From contig NC_057719.1 of the NCBI RefSeq assembly GCF_004010195.1, positions 72,255,335 through 72,280,171 on the forward strand: a stretch of DNA of 24,837 nucleotides, written 5' to 3'. Below, in pieces: positions 10,596 to 21,108 of this stretch. The notes under the pieces are model-generated. The model worked only from the letters and a program-made list of their open reading frames with translations. It was not told the DNA's origin and ran no database searches. Position numbers and translations under genes: made by a program. This DNA is from Chiloscyllium plagiosum (Eukaryota). The first letter of the stretch is position 1; each line of letters starts with the position of its first letter.

Positions 10596-10887
10596 AGCCC
10601 AGAGGACTCAACATTGAGTTCTCTAATTTCAATAGCCTCCCTCCCCATGCCCCGACTCCCTGCTACCATCTGGATTCATTCCTCCCATTGACCAGTTAGG
10701 GTCATACCCTCTACCTGTCTTCACCTATCCTCAGTTCACCACCCTGTCCCCGCTTTCCCCTTTATCCGCAGCTCCCCCCCACACTGACCCCCAGTCCTGA
10801 AGAAGGGTTACACCCGAAACATCGACTATGCACCTCCTGATGCTGCCTGGCTTGCCGTGTTTTTCCAGCCTCCTGCTTGTCTACTTT
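10596..10887 (+). mobile_element. Penelope-like element 3' fragment (Neptune-like)
   Basis: Starts with PRGLNIEFSNF (compare PQGMNSDFSSF at ~3990-4020), then a C-rich tail, a hammerhead motif and a gatgctgcctg...ccagc end as in 4280-4310. Confidence 0.75.
10793..10827 (+). ncRNA. Minimal hammerhead ribozyme motif (PLE-associated)
   Basis: agtc-CTGAAGA-a-gggt-tac-accc-GAAA-CATC-gact: 4-bp stem I and 4-bp stem II; stem III palindrome broken (ACAT, consistent with CpG decay). Confidence 0.6.
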
Positions 10888-11423
10888 GAAATATTGTGAG
10901 CAATGTGGGGCCCCATCTCTAAGGAAAGATGTGCTAACATTGGAGTGGGTCCAGAGGAGATTTGCAAGAATGATCCTAGGGATGACAGAAGGGCTTGACA
11001 TATGAGGAGAGGTTGAGAACTCTGAGTCTTTATTCAGTAGAATTTTGAAGGAGTAGAGGGATCTGATTGAAACTTACAGGATATTGAGAGGTCTGGATAG
11101 AGTGGAGAAGATGCTCCCACTAGCAGGAGAGACTGGGACACGAGGTTACAGCCTCAGAGTGAAGGGACAACCCTTCTGAGTTGAGGAGGAATTTCTTACA
11201 CTAGAGGGTGATTAATCTGTGGAACTGATTGCCACAGAAGGCTGTGGAGGCAAGTCATTGAGTGTGTTTAAGACTGAGATATATAGGTTCTTGATTGGTA
11301 AGGTGATCAAAGGTTTTTGGGAGAAGACAATAGTATGGGTTTGAGAAATAGTTAAGCTATGATTGAATGGCGAAGCAAGCTCAGTGGGCCAAATTCTGCT
11401 ATATATCTTATGGCCTTATGGTC
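10886..11423 (+). mobile_element. CR1-type LINE 3' fragment
   Basis: LKYCEQCGAP.LRKDVLTLEWVQRRFARMI...DLIETYRIL RT C-terminus; ends tcttatggccttatggtc (tandem tail). Confidence 0.85.
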
Positions 11424-11467
11424 AACTCTGTTATGCATCTCCAGGAGTGACTCAGCAGGCCCAGTCT

Positions 11468-11689
11468 GCCATATTTACCATAGTTAACCCACCTAACCTG
11501 CACATTGCTGAAAGCTTTGAGGCAATTTAGCATAGTAAGTCCACTTAACCTGCACATCGTTGGACTGTGGGAGAAAACTGCAGCACCTGACGCAGAGAAC
11601 ATGCAAACTCCACAGTCGCCCAAGGCTGGAATTAAACCCAGGTCCCTGGAGCTGTGAGGCAGTAGTGCTAACCACTGAGCCACCATACC
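11468..11689 (-). mobile_element. tRNA-derived SINE (HE1/V-SINE-like)
   Basis: - strand: A box tggctcagtgg (11672-11682), B box ggtttaattcc (11628-11638), then tgtggagtttgcatgttctc...cccacagtccaacgatgtgcaggttaagtgg core; duplicated atgtgcaggtta. Confidence 0.85.
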
Positions 11690-12484
11690 TCTTCAGATAT
11701 TCTTCAGTAGGGAATGTTAATGCAAGATCATCAGTATAAAGCAACTCTCAGATGAAGACTTGGCGCAGCTTAGGAAACCAAGACTGAACAGCATTCCACC
11801 ACTAAAACCCCATAGGATATCATTTATATGGGGGTGACAATTAACATAAATAATAAATCTAGCAGTGAAATATAGCTACCATTGTGGAATAAGGTACATT
11901 ACAAATGCTTATAATATATTTTGTATCAACTATATGATCTCAATGAATTAGATGTTAACTGGATAAGATGACTAAACAAATAGATACTATTGTATTGTGT
12001 TTCTTTGGGCTTAGTTCCAATACATTTGAAAATCATGATACATTAAATTACAGAATCTTAATTAATGTTATGTTAAGAACAACTATGCTTAAGAGCTCAA
12101 ATGTTTTCAAGTTAAAAATAAATAAAGTAAGTGATGGCTTTATAATAAAAATGTTTAATTTGTGTGAATTTAAGTCATTGTCACATGTTGTGTGATGTTT
12201 AAAAATGCAGATGTACAGTTTTACAACTTGCTGTTTTACACTGGAAAGGCAGTTTTGCTTTACAACTCAAAAGTAGTTTGAAAGCAAAACCCAGGATGTG
12301 AATTCATTACTATAATTAGCATATGACAAAAACATTCGTATTGGAAATGAAAGTAGCAACCTAAAGTTTGATCCAACATGGTGAATCATCTATGTCAGTC
12401 AATCATTAACAAATTTATGTCAATGTGCAGCTTTGGAACAATATTTTCACATTGCTTCCAATTTTCTCCTATTTATTTTTCCAG

Positions 12485-12572
12485 GTATTTGATCAGTATC
12501 TAAACTTTATCACTTTGGAGGATGACATGTTTGTGTTGTGCAACCAGAACAAGGAGCTTATCTCATATCATG
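12485..12572 (+). CDS. SCFD1: SCFD1 internal coding exon, 88 nt
   Basis: ttttccag|GTA...CAT G|gtaatg; VFDQYLNFITLEDDMFVLCNQNKELISYH. Confidence 0.97.
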
Positions 12573-14317
12573 GTAATGGCTGTACACTCTTGCTCAGTTC
12601 TATAACCAATACGTGCATGAAAAAATTTTCATAACTTTGATAACTTTGATAACTAGTTCAAAATGACAAATGCACAGTGTACATAAATTATTCTTGAGAG
12701 TAAGACATGGTTGTAAAGGAATTGTGTGTTTCCTTCAATTGTGTGTGGGTTAATCTAGATTTGAACTTGTCTGCAGGGTAGCCAGCAGCACACTAAGGTT
12801 GTCAGCACCTTTAAAATATATCTATCTTTGAAATAGTATTCATTGTAAAATACACCACTGGGAAGTCAAATAAATGATCAACTCTAAAACAGGACATATT
12901 TTTGTTTTAAGATTGCACATTGTTCTTGTTTACAACAAATAGTCTAAACATTCCAGTGCAACTGCATTGAAAATATTCTAATGTTCAAGATATATATACT
13001 TGCTGAAAGTACTAATGTTTTCCTGCAATATTACCTTTAGGTATAATTGTAATGCATCTTTACAATATTAGATGATCTGTGATGCAGCATTAACTTCATA
13101 ACCTGCTTCAGGTATTCAGCCTTCATTGTAGTTAGTAATCCAGCCTGTACTATTCTCTGGGAAAGAGGATTCCAAAGATTAACAGCCCTCTTCTTCACCT
13201 CGCTCTGAAATAAAACACCCCTTATTGAAAATTGTGCCTCCTAGTCCTACATCCCCTGAGAGGAATTGTTCTCATACCTCTGCCCTGTTAACCCTGCCTT
13301 AGAAACTTCCATGTTTCAATAAGATCCTCTCATTCTTCTAAATTCTGATGAGTATAAGTTCAACCTTTCCTCATGAGATAACCCTTTCATACCAGGAAGC
13401 AGCCTAATGAATCTTCGCTGAACTGCTTCCGATGAAAGGTTATCCTAGCTTGCAAAAGGACTCCAGAACTGTGCCAAGTGCCAGCATTCCCTCTACTTTT
13501 TTTACCAGCTGCACAAGCCTCTGAGGCACATGCACAATAGCATTTTCCAGAACTAAGTCAGTGCCGCAATTAACATGCTGCTGCTGATTGTCATGTGTAG
13601 AATGTCGGAGCACACAGCCAAGCAGCTTAAAAGACTTATTGCCGACAGTCTAGGTACAATGGTCTTACCCCTTTGAAACAAAGGCAGCATTCTGTTTGCA
13701 CTTCTAAATACCTGCAATGCAAACTTTTTGTACAAGGGCATCCACATCTTTCTGTACAACAGCATTCTGTAGTCTATCTCCACTTAAGTAATTTTCTATT
13801 CTTCCTTGAAAGCAGGCACTTTCATTATAGTTTAATGTAATTGAATATTAATTTTTTTCACATAATACTCCATAACCCACATTCTTGACCACTCTACCCT
13901 ATCTCCTCGAAGGTTTGTGTATCCTGTTCACAACTTGCTTTCCAGCCTATATTCAAATTTGACAGCAGTAGACTAGATCCCTCCGTATGTCGAAGTAATT
14001 AATATTGATTGCGAATAGTTGAGGCCCTGGTGCTGATCCCTGAGGCACTTTACTTCTTATCAACTGGAGATGAATTTATTCAGATTTTCTGTTTGTTGTT
14101 AATTAGTCAAGCTTCTATCCTTGCTTGAATATATTGCCTCTAAACACCATAAGCTCTTATCTTTAGTAATCCTTGCTGTGGCAATAACTGAAATGCTTTT
14201 GGAAATTCAAGTATCTGCTGATTTCCCTTTATCCACACTGCTTGTTACATCCTAAAAGAACTCTAAAAGCACAATTTCCATCACATAAATCCAAGCTGAC
14301 TATCTGGTTGTACTTTG

Positions 14318-14525
14318 TTAAAAATCACACAACACCAGGTTATAGTCCAACAGGTTTAATTGGAAGCTCGCTAGCTTTCGGAGCGACGTTCCTTCATCAG
14401 GTGATAGTGAAGGAGCGTCACTCCAAAAGCTAGTGTGCTTCCAATTAAACCTGTTGGATTATAACCTGGTGTTGTGTGATTTTTAACTTTGTACACCCCG
14501 GTCCAACACCGGCATCTCCAAATCA
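14318..14525. mobile_element. Short PLE-derived foldback insertion with a 13-bp target-site-like duplication
   Basis: Inverted arms 14317-14396 and 14408-14487 (74/80 complementary); flanked by the direct repeat tggttgtactttg at 14305-14317 and 14526-14538. Confidence 0.85.
14369..14403 (-). ncRNA. Minimal hammerhead ribozyme motif, AGCT-palindrome variant
   Basis: - strand reads cac-CTGATGA-a-ggaac-gtc-gctcc-GAAA-GCTA-gcg; the opposite arm preserves ggagc and gcta-gtg, which would restore both stems. Confidence 0.55.
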
Positions 14526-15057
14526 TGGTTGTACTTTGATTTCTAAAAATCTTGCTACTACTTCATTAGAGTGGATTTTAGTATTTTCCCAATGACAGAT
14601 GTAGGCTATAATTTCTTGTATTCTGTGTACCATGTCAGCCACATTCCCACGAGGATATCATTTTTGGAACAGCACCTGTGAGAAAGAGAAAATAAGTCTT
14701 GAATTGAGATGCTGTAGTTGCTTTTTCAAATTTATTGGGACCTTAACAAAATGTTAGGCATTTTGGAAGATTATAGCCAATGCATCCATTTTCTCTGCTG
14801 TAGCTTCTCTTAAGACCCTAAGTTACAGGCCATCGAATCCAGGGAACCTGTCAGCCTCAATTCCCTTAGTTTTCCTAGTCTTTTTCTATAGTGATAGTGA
14901 TTTTTCTCAGTTCCTTCCTCCCTTTAACTTCTATAACTAATCTATCACATGCCCTAATCAGCTTTCATCTTCCCTTTTCCCCAGCCCTCTCACCTTACTC
15001 CCTTGATTTGCACATACTTTGACTTTTAAAGAATTTTAATCGCATATCTGTTTTCAG

Positions 15058-15147
15058 CAATCAATAGACCTGATATCACTGATAATGAAATGGAAAACAT
15101 TATGGACACCCTGGTGGATAGCCTCTTCTGCTTCTTTGTTACAATAG
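15058..15147 (+). CDS. SCFD1: SCFD1 internal coding exon, 90 nt
   Basis: gttttcag|CA ATC...ATA G|gtatgt; (A)INRPDITDNEMENIMDTLVDSLFCFFVTI. Confidence 0.97.
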   Translation, partial: QSIDLISLIMKWKTLWTPWWIASSASLLQ

Positions 15148-15723
15148 GTATGTACGGTGCAATAAATTCCTGCTTATGTCACTGTGAGCTCCTTTAAACT
15201 AGAATAACATGTTAAATAGTGTAAAGAAAATGCATGTTTTAGAAGAAAGTAAGAAAACTACCAATAATTCTGCAATCAATATTATTGGACATTATATGCA
15301 GGAATCTAGTATTTGAAATCTAAAAGAGCAATAAATCTTACATTGGGTTAGTTGAGGTGAAAGAGTGTCAGGTTTTAACAAAATGAAGTAAATGCTACAA
15401 TAAAGAAACAATGAGACTAATTTGGATTGCTCAGTTATGACTTAAGCTTTCATACAGCAATTGAATGTGATATATGATTGCACTTCTGCCATTCCCATTC
15501 GTTGAGTTTCAGATCTCGTGGAAGTTACAATAAGGAGAGTCAAGCAGATGTGAGCTGCTTATCAAAGGAAATTGCCAGACTGTACCTTTGTTATACTGTA
15601 TAGAGTAAGAAATGTGTGAGGAACAGAAAGAAAAATAACTAGAAGAAATGTCAGCCTCTTGTTCCAATGTAAATCAATTTTGCAACATTTAAATCTTATA
15701 GGCTTATTTTCTTCTTTTCACAG

Positions 15724-15779
15724 GTGCTGTTCCAATTATACGATGTCCTCGTGGGAATGCAGCTGATATGGTAGCAGTG
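15724..15779 (+). CDS. SCFD1: SCFD1 internal coding exon, 56 nt
   Basis: ttttcacag|GT GCT...GTG|gtaaga; (G)AVPIIRCPRGNAADMVAV. Confidence 0.96.
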
Positions 15780-15977
15780 GTAAGAATATATGTTTTAATT
15801 TCCTTCAGTATACGTGTTAGACAATTCATGGCTCTTTTAAAACGCTATACATAATGAACCATTGAAAAGCTTGTATATATGTAGCTATTTGATATTCAAA
15901 ATTTACATTATCTAGTATTGGAAGGTTTGTTTCCAAATGGTCAGTAAAGCAAGTCAGTGAGTTTGGGCCGTAACACC

Positions 15978-16075
15978 AGTGCTTCACTAGGGGCTCACTG
16001 ATGATGTTACCTATTATGGTGATAAAACATCTGAAAATGAACCTTTCAGCTCAGTGAGCAAACTTCTCTCCAAGT
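15978..16075 (+). mobile_element. PLE pseudo-LTR remnant with decayed hammerhead
   Basis: tca-CTGATGA-t-gttacc-tattat-ggtgat-AAAA-CATC-tga, then aatgaacctttcagctcagtgagcaaac, matching the reverse complement of 23135-23205. Confidence 0.75.
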
Positions 16076-16435
16076 CATTTAGTGTTTGCTTTTTTCAGTT
16101 GTTAGTAATCTCACCTGTGCTTTGAAGAGTTTTAGAGTGTTACACCTATTAAACTGAGGTGCTATTTGCCTGTTCATATAGATATGACATTTCCTGGAAG
16201 TGATAGTCAAGGAAAAGCAAGGTGTTTTGTGATTTGGAGTGTCCAAAGATGATGCTTGTATGTATATTTAAGTCCACCACTAAAATCTCTCAACCTGACA
16301 AATGCAAATTTAAAGGAAAAATGCCCCATTTTTGTGAATATTGCATTAACAAGCACATATGGAGTTGCCTCTGATTACAAGCTTATTCCATTTTGAAGGT
16401 AAGCATGCTGGACAAGTTTTCAGTAACAATGCTTG

Positions 16436-17372
16436 TATAAATGATTTGGATGCAAGCATAAGATGTACAGTTAGTAAGTTTGCAGATGACACCAAAATTG
16501 GAGGTGTAGTGGACAGCAAAGTGGGTTACTTCAGATTACAACAGGATCTTGACCAGATGGGCCAATGGGCTGAGAAGTGTCAGATAGAGTTTAATTCAGA
16601 TAAATGCGAGGTGCTGCATTTTGGGAAAGCAAATCTTAGCAGGACTTACACACTTAATGGTAAGGTCTTAGGGAATGTTGCTGAACAAAGAGACCTTGGA
16701 GTGCAGGTTCATAGCTTCTCGAAAATGGAGTCACAGGTAGATAGGATAGTGAAGAAGGCGTTTGGTATGCTTTCCTTTATTGGTCAGAGTATTGAGCACA
16801 GGAGTTTGAGAGGTCAGGTTGCGGCTTTACAGGACATTGGTTAGGCCACTGTTGGAATATTGCGGGCAATTCTGGTCTCCTTCTATCAGAAAGATATTGT
16901 GAAACTTGAAAGGGTTCAGAAAAGATTTACAAGGATGTTGCCAGGGTTGGAGGATGTGAGCTATAGGGAGAGGCTGAACAGTTGGGGCTGTTTTCTCTGG
17001 AGCGTCGGAGGCTGAGGGGTGACCTTATAGAGGTTTACAAAATTATGAGAAACATGGATAGGGTAAATAGGCAAAGTCTTTTCCCTGGGGTCAGGAAGTG
17101 CAGAACTAAAGGGCATAGGTTTAGGGTGAGAGGGGAAAGATATAAAAGAGACCTAAGGGGCAACCTTTTCACACAGAGGATGGTACGGGTATGGAAGGAG
17201 CTGCCAGAGAAAGTGGTGGAATTGCAACATTTAAGAGGTATTTGAAAGGGTATATGTATAGGAAGGGTTTGGTGGGATATGGGCCGGGTGCTGGCAGGTG
17301 GGACTAGATTGGTTTGGAATATCTGGTCGGCATGGACGGGTTGGACTGAAGGGTCTGTTTCCATAACTCTAT
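16436..17372 (+). mobile_element. CR1 LINE 3' portion (RT C-terminal half plus 3' UTR)
   Basis: INDLD...SKFADDTKIGGVVDS...DLGVQVH (ORF 16359-16844), LFSLERRRLRGDLIEVYKI (ORF 16982-17245); 3' end matches 5055-5138. Confidence 0.95.
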
Positions 17373-17572
17373 TTACCCAGCAACTTTAACAGAGTAAATT
17401 GTCCAAAGGCACAGCATGGAATCTGACAAACATTGATACTGGCACCCAGAAACACATGTTGGTGAAAATTAAAGCTTTGGTTACGGAGGTAAATTTTAAG
17501 GAGCACTTTTGAAGGAGCAGAGTGGTAGAAAGGAAGAGGTGTTAAAGATGGATATTTCAGAGTATTGGGCTT
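17373..17572 (-). mobile_element. Old L2-type LINE 3' end fragment
   Basis: aaagctttggttacggaggtaaattttaaggagcactttt resembles the reverse complement of the L2-like 3' region at ~1884-1930. Confidence 0.45.
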
Positions 17573-17701
17573 CTGTAATTCATTATACCTGGCATAATTG
17601 ATTAAACCTGGCATAATTTTTCAGTCACAGCTTAAGCTTGCTTTAAAAAGTACACAGCTTTGAAATAGTTCACAGATCCAACAATTCATTTGTAGTACTT
17701 T

Positions 17702-18085
17702 GTAGCAGTGATCTTGTGATAATGTCACTAAATTAATAATTCAGAGGCCCAGAATAATGTACTGGGGACACTGGTTCAGATACCACTACACCAGTTGGTG
17801 GAAAATAAATTCAATTGACAATTTTGTATTTGAAACTAACATCGATAATGATAACCATCAATCCACTATTGATGTTGTAAAAATCCATCTGGTTCAGTAA
17901 TGCTTTTTAGGGAAGGAAATCCATCATCCATACCTGTTTCAGTCCAAACTTCCAGTAATGTGTTGACTTCTAGGTGCCTTCTGACGTGGTCTAGTGGTCA
18001 CTTAGTTCAAGGGCCAGTTAGGAAAGAGCAAAACTTCAAACCTTGCCAACAATGTACACATCCCATAAAAGAATGCATTAAAAAA
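17702..18085 (+). mobile_element. Degenerate tRNA-derived SINE
   Basis: tRNA-like head (tgtgataatgtcac...ggttcagatacc, B-box-like), body aaaatccatctggttcagtaatgctttttagggaaggaaatc, A-rich 3' end; resembles a common shark SINE as I recall it. Confidence 0.65.
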
Positions 18086-18141
18086 TTAAAGGAACAAAGC
18101 ATTGTAAAAACTTATTTTAAAAAATTTTAAACCAGGTAGTA

Positions 18142-18330
18142 CAGGTAGCCCCCAAAATGCGAATAGGTTCCATTCTGGAGTATGTTTACAAGTCATTTTA
18201 TATGCAAGTCAGAACCCACCTCAGGACAGTGGACAGCAGCTACTCTTATATATATATATATATAGGAAATGTTCGTATTATCAGGTCTTTAAAATTACGC
18301 TCCTGTAAGGAATCGCATTCACAATGCACA
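18142..18330. mobile_element. Possible Tigger/Tc1-mariner-derived MITE remnant
   Basis: TA followed by caggtagccccc resembles a Tigger-type terminal inverted repeat; no matching right-hand TIR found. Confidence 0.3.
18247..18264. repeat. (TA)9 microsatellite
   Basis: tatatatatatatatata seen directly. Confidence 0.9.
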
Positions 18331-18689
18331 TATTCTCAGTTGCCACACTCCGTAGTAAGGCCTTAAAATGTGAACAGGGACATTGCACATATTTTCAACA
18401 AGTAGTGTTCCATCCACAACATTAGGTCTGAGCAAACAACAGTACTTTCTTCATTACTGAAGCAGGTGTTGCCATTTTGCTTTTTAAAAAAATAAATGGT
18501 CTCACACCTGCTTCAGTTCCCACCTGTGGCATTGGTTTGACCCTTTCAGGATTAACAAACCTTGATAATCATATCAGTATAAAAGGCGAGGAAAGGAAAA
18601 ATCACTTTTCTACACTCCACAGTGACTACACTTCTGAAAAGTGTTTATGGGCCAAAAAGGTACATCCTGAGAACAGTGACTGTCTTTCA

Positions 18690-18790
18690 TTTATATTCTG
18701 CCTCTCCTGATTTCAAGACATCTGAAAGTGCTTTACAGACAATAAAATATCTTTTGAAATGGTCAGCCTCTGTTGTAAAATAGTAAGTTA
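18690..18790 (-). mobile_element. Possible ancient SINE (DeuSINE-like) 3' remnant
   Basis: aaagtgctttacagacaataaaatatcttttgaaatggtcagcctctgttgtaa resembles the antisense L2-derived tail of such SINEs; recognised from memory only. Confidence 0.3.
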
Positions 18791-19227
18791 TTACAATAAA
18801 TACTTTGAAACTGCTGCTTCAAACATTGCTGTGAAGCCACAATTATTCTACTGAAATTTCCATTCTGCCTCAGTCCTTGCTCTGAGTTCCAACGAGTCAC
18901 TCCACTGGACCACTGTCTAAATTGATCATTCACCTGATCACTGAGCTTGAGTCTAGTCATTCACCTATGTGCTACTGAGCTTGACGGTACCAGAGCATCA
19001 TTCTCATTGTAATGTTAGTCTCAAGCCCAATATCCAGGGCTCTTCAGACTTCTTCATTCCCATGTACTTTGCATAATCCATTCTATAATGTGAAGCTTAT
19101 GTCTTTATTTCTATATGCAATACTTCAAATGAGTCACTGCTGTATATGGGAGGTTTCATATTTAAGTGTAATATTTTTGTTATGATTTCCTTATTTTCTG
19201 CTATGTGTGTGTGTTATTTTGTTTTAG

Positions 19228-19313
19228 AAACTGGACAAGAAGCTACGAGAAAATCTGCGAGATGCCAGAAATAGTCTCTTCACAGGAGATGGCCTTGGCG
19301 GAGGCCAATTCAG
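19228..19313 (+). CDS. SCFD1: SCFD1 internal coding exon, 86 nt
   Basis: gttttag|AAA...TTC AG|gtacca; KLDKKLRENLRDARNSLFTGDGLGGGQF(S). Confidence 0.97.
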
Positions 19314-19642
19314 GTACCATACTTTAACTCTATGTTCAGAAATCAGTCTTGTCTCGAAGAAGATGCTTCTTTACAGTTGAGCAAATTTAAGCAAGCTACT
19401 TATAGGCATGTGTTTACTTTTGGTACGATTTCCTGCATATGTAGTTATATCACTGAATGAAGGAAGAATCTTTTGCAAGAATTAGTCTACAGAATAATTC
19501 TGTTATAATTTCTGCAAGTTATTTGTATTCTAACACAAACTGGAAGGTATTTATTTCAAGAGTTTTTTGAAGGGCTTACTTATATGATTTGGTTACCCTT
19601 TGAATACAAGCCTTATGAAGAGCTAACTCACATCTGTGTTCT

Positions 19643-19812
19643 AAAACAGAAATTACTGTGAGAAATTCAGGTCTGGCAGCATCTGTGAAGAGAAAGCAAG
19701 ATCCATATCGTTGACTTTGCTTTCTCTCCATAGATACTGCCAGACCTGCTGAGTTTCTCTAGCAATTCCTGTTTTAATTTCACATTTCCAGCATCCACAG
19801 TTCTTTGTTTTT
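19643..19812. mobile_element. PLE-type terminal fragments in inverted (foldback) arrangement
   Basis: caggtctggcagcatctgtgaagagaaagcaa on the left pairs with ttgctttctctccatagatactgccagacctg on the right; same family as 4830-4964. Confidence 0.75.
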
Positions 19813-20671
19813 TTATTTCTCTCTATGTTTTAACATGGATGAAACTTAACAGTGTGTGTATTAGTATGTCACATCCCTCACACCTCACACACCCGCCTTC
19901 GAAGGATGTAGAATCTGAGTTTACCCAATTGAGAGGCAGGATGCTTATAATTATAATTAATTTGTGCCTAATTTGAACTTAAATGCTGCTATTCTGATTT
20001 TCTTGGGTTAGGAAACTCAATAGTGAAATGCAAGTTGGAACAACTGTTCTTCAACATGAGTGACTATTTTGGCACTTCTGGTCAGCTAGGAGGAGCAAAC
20101 ATATTCCTCCTGCCCTCTCCATGAAATTGTAGGACTCATTCATAAATATAACTGCTGTTTTTAAAGGTTAGCATAAATAAGACTGAAAATGCTGTCATAG
20201 TTAGATATTCTTGAAATAAAGAAGAACAAAAACTCACTGGTTCATTAATTTGTGTGATTCCTTATGAGATTCTAGTTAAGTCTGTTTTGTAAATTTTAAC
20301 TCAATATTGTAAAGTTTGTCAGCTGGCTCTTCAGACAACTAATCTGATTTTATTTTGAAAGTTAGAATGTTGAGCGATTTGACAATGTGAATGATGATTC
20401 CACCTGTACAATGAAAAAACAAATACTATATTTGCAAAAAGTTTAATTAACCTTTTGTAATATGTGATCTTAAAACTCTTACGATTTAAGTTTTATTTTT
20501 GGAAAAGCATTGTAGAGGAAATGTTGATTCCCAAAGAAATGCAATAATATACTTGAACTTTTTGTTCAAGTATGTTGGCAAATGAATAGCATTTTATTTT
20601 CGTGCAGGATATCTAAATATAATCTGCATGTTCACAGTTTCATATTCATTGGTCTGTTTTTTTTTTGGCAG

Positions 20672-20771
20672 TTTCCAAAGACCTTTATTAATACTTGTAG
20701 ACAGAAATATAGATTTGGCAACTCCATTACATCATACGTGGACATACCAAGCTTTGGTTCATGATGTTCTG
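20672..20771 (+). CDS. SCFD1: SCFD1 internal coding exon, 100 nt
   Basis: ttttttggcag|T TTC...CTG|gtaaga; [33 protein letters not shown] (conserved Sec1-family DR..D..TP..H.WTYQ motif). Confidence 0.97.
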
Positions 20772-20926
20772 GTAAGAAAATAACTGTTCTACTAAGTGCA
20801 AGGTATTACCTGAAATTATAAATATAACAATGCAGGTTCTGAATACTCCATGCTGTTATTATTAAACAGTAGCTTCTAATGAGGAAAAGATAACCCATGA
20901 ATTGAGAATAAAAGTAAAGCTGCTAA

Positions 20927-21108
20927 AGGGCTGCGCTCTCATTAGAGATAAATGGTTGGTTGTTGTTTAACTTGAGGGTCACCATGCCCAGATAAGGGTT
21001 GAGCTTAAGGTGGGATCATCATGGTAACCTCCGCCACTCCTGGAATTGAACCCACAGTTAGCCACTCTGCATTGCAAACCAGCCATCCAGCCAACTGAGT
21101 TCACCAAC
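20927..21108 (-). mobile_element. tRNA-derived SINE
   Basis: - strand: A-box-like aactcagttgg (21091-21101), B box ggttcaattcc (21042-21052), followed by a non-tRNA body. Confidence 0.7.

Larger units (their letters stand above)
13135..14930 (-). mobile_element. Old, fragmented CR1-type LINE with internal insertions
   Basis: Scattered antisense RT remnants (catgtttcaataagatcctctcattcttctaaa; ggccctggtgctgatccctgaggcac, a PQGS.PGP-like motif; tttcccaatgacagatgtaggc; ttaagaccctaag...ggccatcgaatccagg). Confidence 0.65.

Noticed and set aside
11600..11689. tRNA gene (also 21040-21108)
   Set aside because: A and B boxes are present, but there is no complete cloverleaf and SINE bodies follow.
12425..12634. 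69-aa ORF as a standalone gene
   Set aside because: It is an SCFD1 exon read through into flanking intron sequence.
14317..14487. Host pre-miRNA
   Set aside because: The hairpin is explained by inverted repeat-derived arms with a flanking duplication; there is no expression evidence.
16099..16398. Cryptic poison exon (ttttttcag ... aag|gtaagc)
   Set aside because: Splice-like motifs are common in long introns, and nothing in the sequence indicates conservation or use.
20389..20470. Box C/D snoRNA (atgatga)
   Set aside because: No CTGA D box at a suitable distance and no terminal stem.
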